This document shows, piece after piece, positions 18,680 to 28,449 of a DNA stretch of 64,000 bases. This DNA comes from an uncultured Bacilli bacterium. Its GTDB lineage: Bacteria > Bacillota_I > Bacilli_A > RFN20 > CAG-449. Made by a program: the position numbers and the translations under genes. The notes beneath the pieces were generated by a model. That model was given only the letters and a program-made list of their open reading frames with translations, did not search any database and was not told where the DNA came from. Location of the stretch: the NCBI GenBank assembly GCA_947595215.1, contig CANQEO010000005.1:10776-74775 (forward strand), read 5' to 3'. Position 1 is the first letter of the stretch. Every line of letters starts with the position of its first letter.

Positions 18680-19051
18680 ATGAAGTATTTATTTTATCGT
18701 TGCCCTTCTTGTGGAAATTTCATGGTTGTTGGTGAAAATGATAATGCCCCAATGTGCTGTGGTCAAGAAATGACTCTTTTAACTGCAAATGTAGGAGAAG
18801 GAGTTGGAGAAAAACACATTCCTGTAGTTTCAGTAGAAGGTAATAAAGTCGTTGTCAAAGTCGGCGAAGTTGCTCATCCAATGTTAAATGAACATTATAT
18901 CGAATGTATTATCCTTGTCACTGATAAAAATGTTTACACGGAACGTTTAATGCCAAATACCGCTCCAGAAGCTACATTTGTAATTTCAGCTAACGAAAAG
19001 GTTATCAATGCATACGAATACTGCAATTTGCATGGTTTCTATCACAACTAA
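18680..19051 (+). CDS. dfx: Desulfoferrodoxin (class I superoxide reductase).
   Basis: N-terminal desulforedoxin-like CxxC…CC site ('YRCPSCGNF…MCCGQEM') and a C-terminal SOR domain (HIPV…HPM…EHYIE…NLHG). The start is chosen at 'MKYLFYRC' with a GGAG RBS; the ORF track's Met is 15 nt upstream. Confidence 0.85.
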   Translation: MKYLFYRCPSCGNFMVVGENDNAPMCCGQEMTLLTANVGEGVGEKHIPVVSVEGNKVVVKVGEVAHPMLNEHYIECIILVTDKNVYTERLMPNTAPEATFVISANEKVINAYEYCNLHGFYHN

Positions 19052-19209
19052 CTAAAAATTAAAACTTAGTTTTCATCCTATAAATTCATGAAATAGCAAA
19101 CAAAAACTAAGTTTTTTATTTTATTTTTAAAAATACATTGAAAAAAATTTGCATAATGACTAAAATCTATTCACTATACTTTAGTATTACTACTTAAAAG
19201 GAGGAAAAA

Positions 19210-20565
19210 ATGAAAAAGAAAAAATTAACTTTATTGGTAGTTTTATTGTCAGTAGCTGCTTTAACTAGTTGTGGCGGAGATAATGTAAGTGATTCAAGTT
19301 CCGATGTAAGTGAATCAAGTTCCCAAGATAGTATTCCATTTAATGAAGCCGAACTAAATCAAGGTCTTGCAAGTATTAATAAAAGTTTAAGCCTTGAAGA
19401 ATACATCTTCATCAATTTACCAAACTCAGAGTCGCAAGATATGATTTATACAACAGTAAAAAAATATAGTGAAACAGCTTATAGTGAAGCTTCAACCTAT
19501 ACTATCCCTTATGATGAGAGAGTTTTACCGCAAAGCGAAATCGTCTATGGAGAGAATTCGGTTGGTAGATTAACTCAATACTATCTCGGTTTAGATAATG
19601 TGGTTCATTCAACATCTTCTTCAGAACTTGATTTCCAGGATAGTATCTTCTCAAACATTTTCAATAGTTTAGATTCTTCTTACTTCACAATCTCTGCCGC
19701 TGGATATGATTTGGCCTCTTGGTCAACCGCTCAATATTTTTTAGGTTATTTAAGTGGTTTCACGGTTGTTAGAGATTATGAATTAGAAGATGGCACTCTT
19801 TACACTCGTACTTTTGATATAGATAGTTTTACTTTTACCATTAAAAATGGTTCTGTCACTGCAATTAGTGCTTCAGCTTTGATGAATATCTCACAAAAGT
19901 TAGGAACTCAAGTTTCAACAACACAATACACATTTGATGCCTTATATTCAGTTTATGATCAAAATAATACCATTGTTGATATCCCTACTGCAATCGTTGA
20001 TGACGGCAAAGATCGTAGCGCTCTTGAAACAGCTTTTACTAAACTTGGAAATAACTACACTGCCAATATCGAAGTTAACTACGCAACAGTTAATAATAAC
20101 GTTGCCACAGAAACCTACATTGAAAAATATACTGATGATGGTATTTATTTCGATGTAAATGGCGAAACAGTCTCAAGCGATAACCAAAATTTCGATGCTT
20201 TTAAACAATTCTCAAACCTCTCCACAATTATCTTTGATAAATCAACTTATGAAGAATTTTCTTCATTATATGGTGTCGAAGACAATGACGATAATCCTTA
20301 CCTCGAAGCAGAGTTCTACACAATTAATGAAAACTTCCCAAATACCAGTGAATTATTAAGAGAAATGTTCTATCCTTTCTATTCTGAACTAGATGGATAT
20401 GATTACTTTGAATTCCTTTACGATTTCTACTTAGTAGTTTTCCCAGATGGTGAATTGGAAGTTCTATTCTCCGCTATTCAAGCTCAAGAATATAGTGAAC
20501 TATACTATTATAGTTATCCAGTCGTCAGTATTACATATAGCGATATCGGATCAACTCAACTCTAA
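19210..20565 (+). CDS. Lipoprotein of unknown function.
   Basis: Signal peptide with lipobox 'ALTSC', a Ser/Asp-rich linker, and a 451-aa Y/D/N-rich extracellular domain with no recognisable motif. Confidence 0.65.
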   Translation: MKKKKLTLLVVLLSVAALTSCGGDNVSDSSSDVSESSSQDSIPFNEAELNQGLASINKSLSLEEYIFINLPNSESQDMIYTTVKKYSETAYSEASTYTIPYDERVLPQSEIVYGENSVGRLTQYYLGLDNVVHSTSSSELDFQDSIFSNIFNSLDSSYFTISAAGYDLASWSTAQYFLGYLSGFTVVRDYELEDGTLYTRTFDIDSFTFTIKNGSVTAISASALMNISQKLGTQVSTTQYTFDALYSVYDQNNTIVDIPTAIVDDGKDRSALETAFTKLGNNYTANIEVNYATVNNNVATETYIEKYTDDGIYFDVNGETVSSDNQNFDAFKQFSNLSTIIFDKSTYEEFSSLYGVEDNDDNPYLEAEFYTINENFPNTSELLREMFYPFYSELDGYDYFEFLYDFYLVVFPDGELEVLFSAIQAQEYSELYYYSYPVVSITYSDIGSTQL

Positions 20566-20668
20566 AATATTATAAAAAGGATGCGAAAATTTTCTTCTCA
20601 TCCTTTTTGTTTGCGATTAACTATAAAATAAATTTAAAAGGACCAGCAGTAGTCCTTTTGTTATCTTA

Positions 20669-22462
20669 CTAATTTGATTTTAATTTAGCTAAACGTTTCT
20701 TATTTGGACTTTCTATATCCGTTCCTTTAGCACACAATAATGGTGAAGAAACATAATCTATTCTTAACTTTATTAGAGCCTCAATGAGCGCGATAGAAGA
20801 AACATTATTAACTATCATTTCAATTTTATTTTTCTTCAATTTATCAATCAAATCATTGAAGAAAGCTTTTACTTGAGTATCGTGTGCGATATCTTTTACT
20901 AACATTTCATCAACAATCACATAATCGAAACTAGGTAAATATTTATCAAAAGATTCAATACCAAGACGCGATAATCTAATCGCTAATTCTATTTCATTCT
21001 TTTCAACATAGTTGGCAAGAGAATCAAATTTTTTGCCATCTTTAAGCCAATTTTCCAAATCATAATCGTTAATTGCTAGAACAGGAATTAATTGCTTCTT
21101 TGCATTAAGTATTAGCTTATCCAATCTTTTAAATTGGTCGAAATACGTTAATGGAAGATCAATTACCATAAATGGACGTTTGGTGCTAAGTGCGGATTTA
21201 CCTCCGATATTTTGATATCTATCAAATGATTCTTTTACTAAAAGCAAATACAGTTCAGAAGCCTTATTAGCGATATAAGCAAACTCAAATATTTCACGCA
21301 TTGATTTTAATTTCGAATTAACTGAACTATATTCTTCAAACATTCCAACCATTCTACCTGATTTTGATTCAAAAACCGGCGAGATATAATAATTAAATTC
21401 ATTGTCCTTAATTAATCTTTTTGCTTCTTCAATCATTACTGCATGGTAATTCTTAGCTAAATCTATTGTTTCATCAAAAATCATAACGTGTCCATTATAG
21501 TCTGATTTTTCTGAATATTTAGAAGTCTCACGAGCAATTTTTATCATGTCTTCAAGATTGGAAAAAGAACCTTTTTGGCATGCAATACCAATTTGGAAAT
21601 CCAATTCTTTTCCTAGAGAATTAATTTTAATGAATCTTATTATTTCACTTTCAATCGAATATCCTAAATTGTAAACATCGTTTCTTCGCTTAGCTTTGAA
21701 GTCTACAACTAATATTTCATCTGATTTCAACCTTACTACAAACCTATTCTGATTAACATATTTAAACAAACGATTAATAAGTTGCGAAGTGAATAATGAA
21801 TCTATTTCAAAATTCTCATTCTTCAACATCATCGAAGTATCTATCAATCTAATAAGAAATACATTAATCGGTTCCGCAGATGATAAGTTGGCAACTCTAT
21901 TTTGCACCTCTTCTAAATTGACTAATTTCTTCTTATGATGACCTCTAAATTTAGTTTTACTTAATTCAAATAATAAATGTGATTCCAAATGGATTAATTT
22001 CTTCCGATAGTTAATGCTTGTTGCCTCTAAGATAGAATTGACATTCATCTTAATGTTTTTCAAATAAACCTGGCATTCAAGAAGATGTGGGACAGTAGAA
22101 CCCTTCTTCGTCAATTCTGTAAGCCATATTTTAATGCTATTACGATCATTTTCGGCAAATTTCATAACAAATTCATCAATAGTTATTATTTTGTATCCTC
22201 TTATATTCCACCGATCAAAATATCTTACCTGTTTCTTTTCATAATTTAATGTAAAACGGCGAATATTTTTTTCTGTTTTTACTCTTTCGAATTTCTTAAA
22301 TGATTTTTTTGAAGGTCTAAAAAATAGAGTGCTTATAACTAATATTACAAAGAAAAGTATTAGAACTCCAAATATTGCATATGTAATTGGGGATGCACTC
22401 TTAATAATTTCTATAATTTCATTAACATCAAAATAAATACAAACACACATATTTTTCACCAT
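20669..22462 (-). CDS. Membrane-anchored protein with degenerate GGDEF-like and EAL-like domains (putative c-di-GMP-related, probably non-catalytic).
   Basis: There is an N-terminal TM segment. 'VRLKSDEILVVDF' sits where 'RxGGDEF' would be. 'ISPVFESKSGRMVGMFEEYSSV' aligns to the EAL-domain start 'QPIvdl.tg.ivg.EALlRW', with EEY in place of EAL. The EAL-like C-terminal segments are 'LGIESFD' (in place of DDFGTG) and 'IVNNVSSIALIEALIKLRIDYVSSPLL' (compare 'AEGVEtee…Gcdy.QGylf'). Domain calls were made by eye only. Confidence 0.35.
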   Translation of the reverse strand: MVKNMCVCIYFDVNEIIEIIKSASPITYAIFGVLILFFVILVISTLFFRPSKKSFKKFERVKTEKNIRRFTLNYEKKQVRYFDRWNIRGYKIITIDEFVMKFAENDRNSIKIWLTELTKKGSTVPHLLECQVYLKNIKMNVNSILEATSINYRKKLIHLESHLLFELSKTKFRGHHKKKLVNLEEVQNRVANLSSAEPINVFLIRLIDTSMMLKNENFEIDSLFTSQLINRLFKYVNQNRFVVRLKSDEILVVDFKAKRRNDVYNLGYSIESEIIRFIKINSLGKELDFQIGIACQKGSFSNLEDMIKIARETSKYSEKSDYNGHVMIFDETIDLAKNYHAVMIEEAKRLIKDNEFNYYISPVFESKSGRMVGMFEEYSSVNSKLKSMREIFEFAYIANKASELYLLLVKESFDRYQNIGGKSALSTKRPFMVIDLPLTYFDQFKRLDKLILNAKKQLIPVLAINDYDLENWLKDGKKFDSLANYVEKNEIELAIRLSRLGIESFDKYLPSFDYVIVDEMLVKDIAHDTQVKAFFNDLIDKLKKNKIEMIVNNVSSIALIEALIKLRIDYVSSPLLCAKGTDIESPNKKRLAKLKSN

Positions 22463-22571
22463 TACTATTATAAAAGTTTATTAATAATTATTAAAGAGAA
22501 TAACAAAAAACGTCAAAGGTTAAATCTAATTTATTAAGATTATTATTTTCGCTTTCTTTTATTTTCAAATT

Positions 22572-22580
22572 TGTTATAAT
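22572..22580 (+). promoter_or_regulatory. Extended -10 element (TGtTATAAT) upstream of tRNA-Ser.
   Basis: tgttataat lies 11 nt before the tRNA 5' end. Confidence 0.4.
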
Positions 22581-22591
22581 ACTATCGCAAT

Positions 22592-22682
22592 GGAAGAATA
22601 CCCAAGAGGCCGAAGGGACTAGTTTCGAAAACTAGCAGGAGTTTCACGACTCGCGAGGGTTCGACTCCCTCTTCTTCCGCCA
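22592..22682 (+). tRNA. tRNA-Ser (anticodon CGA).
   Basis: 91 nt. Acceptor stem GGAAGAA/TTCTTCC, anticodon stem ctagt/actag with loop ttCGAaa, a long variable arm, T-loop GGTTCGACTCC and an encoded CCA. Confidence 0.9.
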
Positions 22683-22698
22683 GTTTTAAAAAGTAAAA

Positions 22699-22725
22699 AA
22701 ATCTGCTGAAATTGCAGATTTTTTT
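22699..22725 (+). terminator. Rho-independent terminator after tRNA-Ser.
   Basis: aaatctgc-tgaaatt-gcagattt followed by T5. Confidence 0.7.
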
Positions 22726-22890
22726 ACTTCCATACTGATTAATTTTCCCTCTATCAATATTTTTTCATATCTTCAGATTTTAAAGAAACTTTATAACCTA
22801 ATTCAGAATAATACGGATTCTTTAAGTATTCATTTTTTCATCAACATAACAAATTGCTTTTGAATTAAATTTTTAAACAATACTAATTTA

Positions 22891-24186
22891 TTATATTTCA
22901 ACCTTTGCCTTTTCTAAGTTTTCTTTCGCAATTGAAAGCATTAATTTTATTCTATTTTCTTGATTTACTTTCGGTGCTCCAGCATCGTAATCAACAGCAA
23001 CAATATTTGCCTTAGGGTTAATTTCAACAATTTTACGTATCATACCTTTTCCTGCAATATGGTTTGGTAAACATCCAAATGGTTGTGTACAAACGATATT
23101 TTCATAACCACTTTCCGCTAATTCAAGCATCTCCGCGGTAAGTAACCATCCTTCGCCCATTTTTGTTCCGTATCCTATAACATCTTTAACCAAAGATTTT
23201 GTATGTTCGTAACGACTAGGAGCCACAAACTCATCGTATCTTGAAATTGAAGAAATTAATACTTCTTCTACCTTTAGACAGTAATTCATAAGTTTTTGAC
23301 AGACAAATCTTTTAAGTTTACTTCCGCCATAAAGTTTAATATCTTCTAATCTATTATCAATTTTGAAAAGAACAAATCCTAGAATACCCGGTAAATTGAC
23401 TTCACAGTTTTCATCTTGTAAGAACTTTTCTAAGTTATTGTTTCCTAAGGCAGCATACTTAACATATATCTCTCCGACAATACCAACCTTGACTTTTCTT
23501 TCGCTTCGATCTAATTCCAAGTTATGAAAATCATCAGCTATTCTCATCAGTAATTCACTCATGTCCTTCAACTTGTAACCTTTACCATTTGTCATTTTAT
23601 CGATAATATATTTTTGCCACTTTGAAACTAAACGATCTGTTTCGCCATCATTTACTTCATATGGACGACATTGATTTCTTAAACACATTAAACTATCACC
23701 GTAAATTACGGCTGCGATTGCTTTTCGGATCATTCCAATGGTTAACTTAAAACCCGGATTTTTTTCCATACCAGAAAGATTTAAACTGACAACAGGAACT
23801 TGGCTTAATCCGGCCTTCTTTAATCCTTTACGAAGTAAATGAATATAATTTGAAGCGCGACATCCACCACCAGTTTGAGTGATTATCAAGGCGACTTTAT
23901 TAATATCATACCCACCAGTTTGAACAGCATTTATCAATTGTCCTATAGTCAAAATAGCCGGATAACATGTGTCATTATGAACATATTTTAATCCGGTTTG
24001 AGCTATATCCGGTCCGTTAGTTTCTAAAAGTTGACAATTATAACCTAGTTTTCTAAAAACTTCACCTAATATTTCAAAATGAATCGGAGCCATCATCGGA
24101 AAAAGCAACGTATATTCTTTTCGCATTTGTTTTGTGAAAAGAAGTCTTCCGGTTTTCTTATCGTACTTCAATTTTGCCATTTGCAT
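22891..24186 (-). CDS. 2-hydroxyacyl-CoA dehydratase (HgdB/HGD-D-like) family protein.
   Basis: 431 aa. The pattern 'YVHNDTCYPAILTIGQLINA…QTGGGCRASNY' is typical of HGD-D family subunits. It overlaps the upstream activase gene by 29 nt. Confidence 0.65.
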   Translation of the reverse strand: MQMAKLKYDKKTGRLLFTKQMRKEYTLLFPMMAPIHFEILGEVFRKLGYNCQLLETNGPDIAQTGLKYVHNDTCYPAILTIGQLINAVQTGGYDINKVALIITQTGGGCRASNYIHLLRKGLKKAGLSQVPVVSLNLSGMEKNPGFKLTIGMIRKAIAAVIYGDSLMCLRNQCRPYEVNDGETDRLVSKWQKYIIDKMTNGKGYKLKDMSELLMRIADDFHNLELDRSERKVKVGIVGEIYVKYAALGNNNLEKFLQDENCEVNLPGILGFVLFKIDNRLEDIKLYGGSKLKRFVCQKLMNYCLKVEEVLISSISRYDEFVAPSRYEHTKSLVKDVIGYGTKMGEGWLLTAEMLELAESGYENIVCTQPFGCLPNHIAGKGMIRKIVEINPKANIVAVDYDAGAPKVNQENRIKLMLSIAKENLEKAKVEI

Positions 24187-27118
24187 TCTCCTTTCGCTCT
24201 AAGGCTGATAAAAGCGAGCGAATTCTAATTTTTACTGCGCCTAAGTTAGTAATTTCATCGATTTTAATTTGCGTATAAATTTTGTTGTAGCGTTCCAAAA
24301 TATCTCTCACTTCATCAGTAGTAATCGCATCAACGCCACATCCAAACGAAACTAATTGAATAAGATTCATATCTTTTTGATCTTTTATATAAAATGCCGC
24401 ACTATAAAGACGCGAATGATATGTCCATTGATTTAAGACATGAACAGTAATCTTCTTCTTAACTTTATGAGCTAGAACATCTTCAGAAATAATAGCGACA
24501 TTAAATGATGAAATCATTTTATCGATACCATGATTAATCTCCGGATCTAAATGATATGGTCTACCAGCTAAAACAAAGATTTGCTTTCCTTCTTCACGAG
24601 CTTTAAGAATTATTTCATCGCTTTTAATTTGAATTTTTCTAAAATAATTTTCGTATGCTTGATAGGCTCTTTTCGCCGCAATTTTTACATCTTTTAAAGT
24701 TAATGATGGAAAATAATTCTTTATCGATTCGTAAAATTTTTGTGGGAAATCTTTACGGCGATGGATTCCAACATAAAATTTTATAAACTCAATATTTTCT
24801 GTCTTTAAATCTTTGATGTTATTATTAATAACTTCTGGATAATAAGCGACAACCGGACAATTGTAGTGATTATCACCTTTTTTCTCATCGATGTTATATG
24901 ACATACATGGATAAAAAATCTTCTTTATACCTTTACTGATCAAATCACGTACGTGTCCATGCATTAGTTTAGCTGGGAAGCAAACTGTATCTGAAGGAAT
25001 AGTGGCTTGACCATATAAATACAATTTTCTCGACGATAAAGAAGAATAAGTTACTTTAATATCTAAATTATTAAATAATACGGTCCAAAATGGTAATAGT
25101 TCATACATATTTAATCCCATCGGAATACCAATTTCACCTAATTTTCCTTTACTAGAATCATTATAACTTTGTAACAATCTTAATTTATATTCATAAATGT
25201 TAAGCTCATTACTACCGGTCTTCTTTGTAATTGGTCGTTCACAACGATTACCACCGATAAAACGTCTTCCGTCATTAAATTTATTGATTGTAAGACGACA
25301 GTGGTTTTCACAAATAGCACATTTGGTAACTTGAATCTCATGAGTAAATTCTTTAAGTTCTTTCTCGCTAATTATCGAAGATGATTCTTTGTTTAATTCG
25401 CACATTGCTTGAGCGTAAAGCGCCGCACCATACGCTCCCATTAATCCCGAGATATTAGGTCGAACGACATTGACACCCATTTCGATTTCAAACGCTCTTA
25501 AGACAGCATCATTTAAGAATGTTCCACCTTGAACAACAATATTTTTTCCTAGCTCATCCGGAGAAGAAGCTCTTATAACTTTATATAAAGCGTTTTTTAC
25601 TACAGATAAAGATAATCCTGCTGAAATATCCTCGATTGAAGCGCCATCCTTTTGAGCTTGCTTAACAGCCGAATTCATAAAAACAGTGCAACGAGAACCA
25701 AGATTTACCGGACGTTTAGCAAATAATCCTAATTTCGAAAATGTTTCAATATCATATCCTAATGCTGATGCAAAAGTTTGTAAAAAACTTCCGCAGCCTG
25801 AAGAGCAAGCTTCATTTAAGAAAATATTATCAATGGTTCCGTTATGGATTTTAAAACATTTGATATCTTGACCACCAATATCAATTACAAATTCGACATT
25901 AGGCATAAATTTTTGTGCTGCTAAAAAATGAGCAATAGTTTCAACAATACCAAAATCTACCTTAAAAGCGTTTTTGATAATATCTTCACCATAACCAGTA
26001 ACCGCTGAAGATTTAAATTTAATATTTGGCTTTAAACTATAAATTTCTTCAAGTATATTTTTAACTAGCGGAACAGGATTTCCAGAGTTTGACATATATC
26101 TTGAAAAACGAATATTGCCTTTTTCATCCATTACCACACACTTTAATGTTGTTGATCCAGCATCAATTCCAAGGAAACATGGTCCATCATAATCTTCAAA
26201 TGGTAGTGTCACCACCATTTCTTTATTATGGCGTTCATTAAATAATCGATAATCCTCCTCATTCGTAAAAAGAGGCGGTCTAAAAGCAAAATTACCAGTA
26301 TGAGAGTAATTTTTTACGCGCTCCAATAATAAATCTAAATCTATCAATTTATCTGAGGCTAAAGCAGCCCCTAAAGAAACGTAATAAAGAGAGTTCTCTG
26401 GACAGATTCCATTTGTTTTGAGGACATCATCAAAGGCAGTACGTAATTCGCTAATAAATGTCAATGGGCCACCTAGATAAAGAATATTACCTTTTATTTC
26501 TCTACCTTGTGCTAAACCAGCGATGGTTTGATTGACTACTGCATAAAAAATAGAAGCGGAAATATCCGATTTACGAGCACCTTGATTCAATAGTGGTTGA
26601 ATATCGGTCTTTGCGAAAACACCGCATCTTGAAGCGATAGTATAAATTTTTTCATGAGATTTGGCGAGTTCATTCATCTCTGCGATGCTAACATTTAATA
26701 AAGATGCCATTTGATCGATAAAAGCACCTGTGCCACCAGCGCAAGATCCGTTCATACGCACTTCAACACCATTATTTAGAAACAAAATTTTAGCATCTTC
26801 ACCACCTAGTTCAATAATCACATCAGTGTCTGGATTAAGTAGATTAGCCGCAATTCTGGTCGCATAAACTTCTTGAACAAAAGGAAAACCACAACTTTCA
26901 GCAATTCCCATACCGGCCGAACCACTTAAGGAAATTTTGACGCTATCGTAATCTTTTAAGATTCCTTTTTTAAGTCTATTTAAAACTTCTTCTATCTTTT
27001 CACTTATTTTTGAAAGGTGTCTTTCATAAGATTGAAATAAAACTCTATTATCACTATCAATTACTACACATTTAATAGTCGTAGAGCCGATATCTAAGCC
27101 TACTCTTAATTCTTCCAT
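24158..27118 (-). CDS. CoA-substrate-specific enzyme activase-like protein: two tandem BcrAD/BadFG (acetate/sugar-kinase fold) ATPase domains plus a C-terminal Cys-rich domain.
   Basis: Two copies of 'GxDxGSTTxKCVVxD' ATPase N-terminal motifs (residues ~1 and ~300), each followed by an actin-like fold. The C-terminal ~420 aa carries the 'CAICENHC' cluster. 986 aa. Confidence 0.75.
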   Translation of the reverse strand: MEELRVGLDIGSTTIKCVVIDSDNRVLFQSYERHLSKISEKIEEVLNRLKKGILKDYDSVKISLSGSAGMGIAESCGFPFVQEVYATRIAANLLNPDTDVIIELGGEDAKILFLNNGVEVRMNGSCAGGTGAFIDQMASLLNVSIAEMNELAKSHEKIYTIASRCGVFAKTDIQPLLNQGARKSDISASIFYAVVNQTIAGLAQGREIKGNILYLGGPLTFISELRTAFDDVLKTNGICPENSLYYVSLGAALASDKLIDLDLLLERVKNYSHTGNFAFRPPLFTNEEDYRLFNERHNKEMVVTLPFEDYDGPCFLGIDAGSTTLKCVVMDEKGNIRFSRYMSNSGNPVPLVKNILEEIYSLKPNIKFKSSAVTGYGEDIIKNAFKVDFGIVETIAHFLAAQKFMPNVEFVIDIGGQDIKCFKIHNGTIDNIFLNEACSSGCGSFLQTFASALGYDIETFSKLGLFAKRPVNLGSRCTVFMNSAVKQAQKDGASIEDISAGLSLSVVKNALYKVIRASSPDELGKNIVVQGGTFLNDAVLRAFEIEMGVNVVRPNISGLMGAYGAALYAQAMCELNKESSSIISEKELKEFTHEIQVTKCAICENHCRLTINKFNDGRRFIGGNRCERPITKKTGSNELNIYEYKLRLLQSYNDSSKGKLGEIGIPMGLNMYELLPFWTVLFNNLDIKVTYSSLSSRKLYLYGQATIPSDTVCFPAKLMHGHVRDLISKGIKKIFYPCMSYNIDEKKGDNHYNCPVVAYYPEVINNNIKDLKTENIEFIKFYVGIHRRKDFPQKFYESIKNYFPSLTLKDVKIAAKRAYQAYENYFRKIQIKSDEIILKAREEGKQIFVLAGRPYHLDPEINHGIDKMISSFNVAIISEDVLAHKVKKKITVHVLNQWTYHSRLYSAAFYIKDQKDMNLIQLVSFGCGVDAITTDEVRDILERYNKIYTQIKIDEITNLGAVKIRIRSLLSALERKENANGKIEVR

Positions 27119-27123
27119 GGTAA

Positions 27124-28323
27124 CTACTCCTCATTATCTGCGTCTTCTTTTTTATCATCTTTTACTTCGTTAGAAGTATTTAAAGTAGTTTCTTCATCTA
27201 CTTTTTCCGTATCAATTTTAATCTCCAAATTATCTAAATTTTCAAGTCCTTCAATACCATTTTCTTTTGCCATTTTTTCGATTTCGCTAGTCATTTGACT
27301 AATTAATTCGTCAATTTGCTTTTTTTGTTCATCGGTAATATTAAGATTTTTATCGTCATTTAAACTGTGAAATTGTTTTGAAACCATAGAGTTTAATTCC
27401 GCACGATATAAATGTGCATGTTCTAAAAATATTTTATAACTTGCAATAAGGTATAAAGATAGATATGGGAAACAAAGTGTGACACCGATTGCAAAACCAA
27501 AAAGCGCTGCATCATGAGCCGAAAAAGCTAAAACTTGATATCCTAAAAACGAACATCCCCCATATCCTAAAACAAAAATAATCAATGAAGGCCATATTAC
27601 CGAACTTACCTTTTTAAAGTAATCATGGCGAATCTTAGGAAATACCTTTTTATTTACTCTAGCAGCAATAGGAGCTACTACCGGAGTTTCAATAGAAAAA
27701 TAAGCCGCGAAAAGATTTCTAAACAAGCAAAAAATAAAGAATAAAAACACTAAACCCATAATTACAATTGCAAAAGCATCATAATGTGGCATAAATAAAT
27801 CACTATTTTGATCGAGATAAATCATAAACTCATCAAGAGAATATGTTTGGCTAATTTCAACTAATCTCATCATTTCATCATAATTCACTATCAAATAATA
27901 AATATATAAAAGAAAATCCAAGAAAAAACAAAATACAAAAGCCTTAAGTATAGTTATAACAACGCGATAGCAGCCATTGAATCTACGTGTAAAATAACTT
28001 TTATAATACTGGTTAAAATCAGTGAAATTAATACTTTCATTATGACAAGCTTTGACAGTTATTCTTTGTAATGATAAAAAATAAGGAATTAAAGCAAAGC
28101 AAGTCACAATTATAAAGGCACCGAAGAATAATCGATCCAATAGCAATGCGACTACGAATATAACCATGTATATAAACGAGAATGTTAATAATTTTTCACT
28201 ATTATTCTTCAATATCTCATATGATTCTCTTATCAAAATATTTTTCATCGAGGTCACCTTCTTAGGACTGAATATATTATATATATTCAAATTTTTAATT
28301 ACAACAAACTTATTATCTTTCAT
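27124..28323 (-). CDS. Polytopic membrane protein (possibly DUF975-like) with an acidic coiled-coil C-terminal tail.
   Basis: Six to eight hydrophobic segments and a C-terminal E/D/K-rich ~80 aa. The stop lies 5 nt upstream of the activase start. Confidence 0.5.
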   Translation of the reverse strand: MKDNKFVVIKNLNIYNIFSPKKVTSMKNILIRESYEILKNNSEKLLTFSFIYMVIFVVALLLDRLFFGAFIIVTCFALIPYFLSLQRITVKACHNESINFTDFNQYYKSYFTRRFNGCYRVVITILKAFVFCFFLDFLLYIYYLIVNYDEMMRLVEISQTYSLDEFMIYLDQNSDLFMPHYDAFAIVIMGLVFLFFIFCLFRNLFAAYFSIETPVVAPIAARVNKKVFPKIRHDYFKKVSSVIWPSLIIFVLGYGGCSFLGYQVLAFSAHDAALFGFAIGVTLCFPYLSLYLIASYKIFLEHAHLYRAELNSMVSKQFHSLNDDKNLNITDEQKKQIDELISQMTSEIEKMAKENGIEGLENLDNLEIKIDTEKVDEETTLNTSNEVKDDKKEDADNEE

Positions 28324-28449
28324 GAATTAATAATTTTCAGACGAACATTATTCATTTTTTAAAAAAACAACTTATAACAACTTTTAGAATATTTAAAAGT
28401 TTGTATTAAAAAAACCACCATAGCATGGTGGTTTATTTTTTTAATTATT

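Noticed and set aside
19061-19115. A perfect 13-bp inverted repeat (aaaacttagtttt … aaaactaagtttt) downstream of dfx.
   Set aside because: It is most simply a long-loop transcription terminator for dfx (it is followed by a T-tract). Nothing suggests a protein-binding site beyond that.
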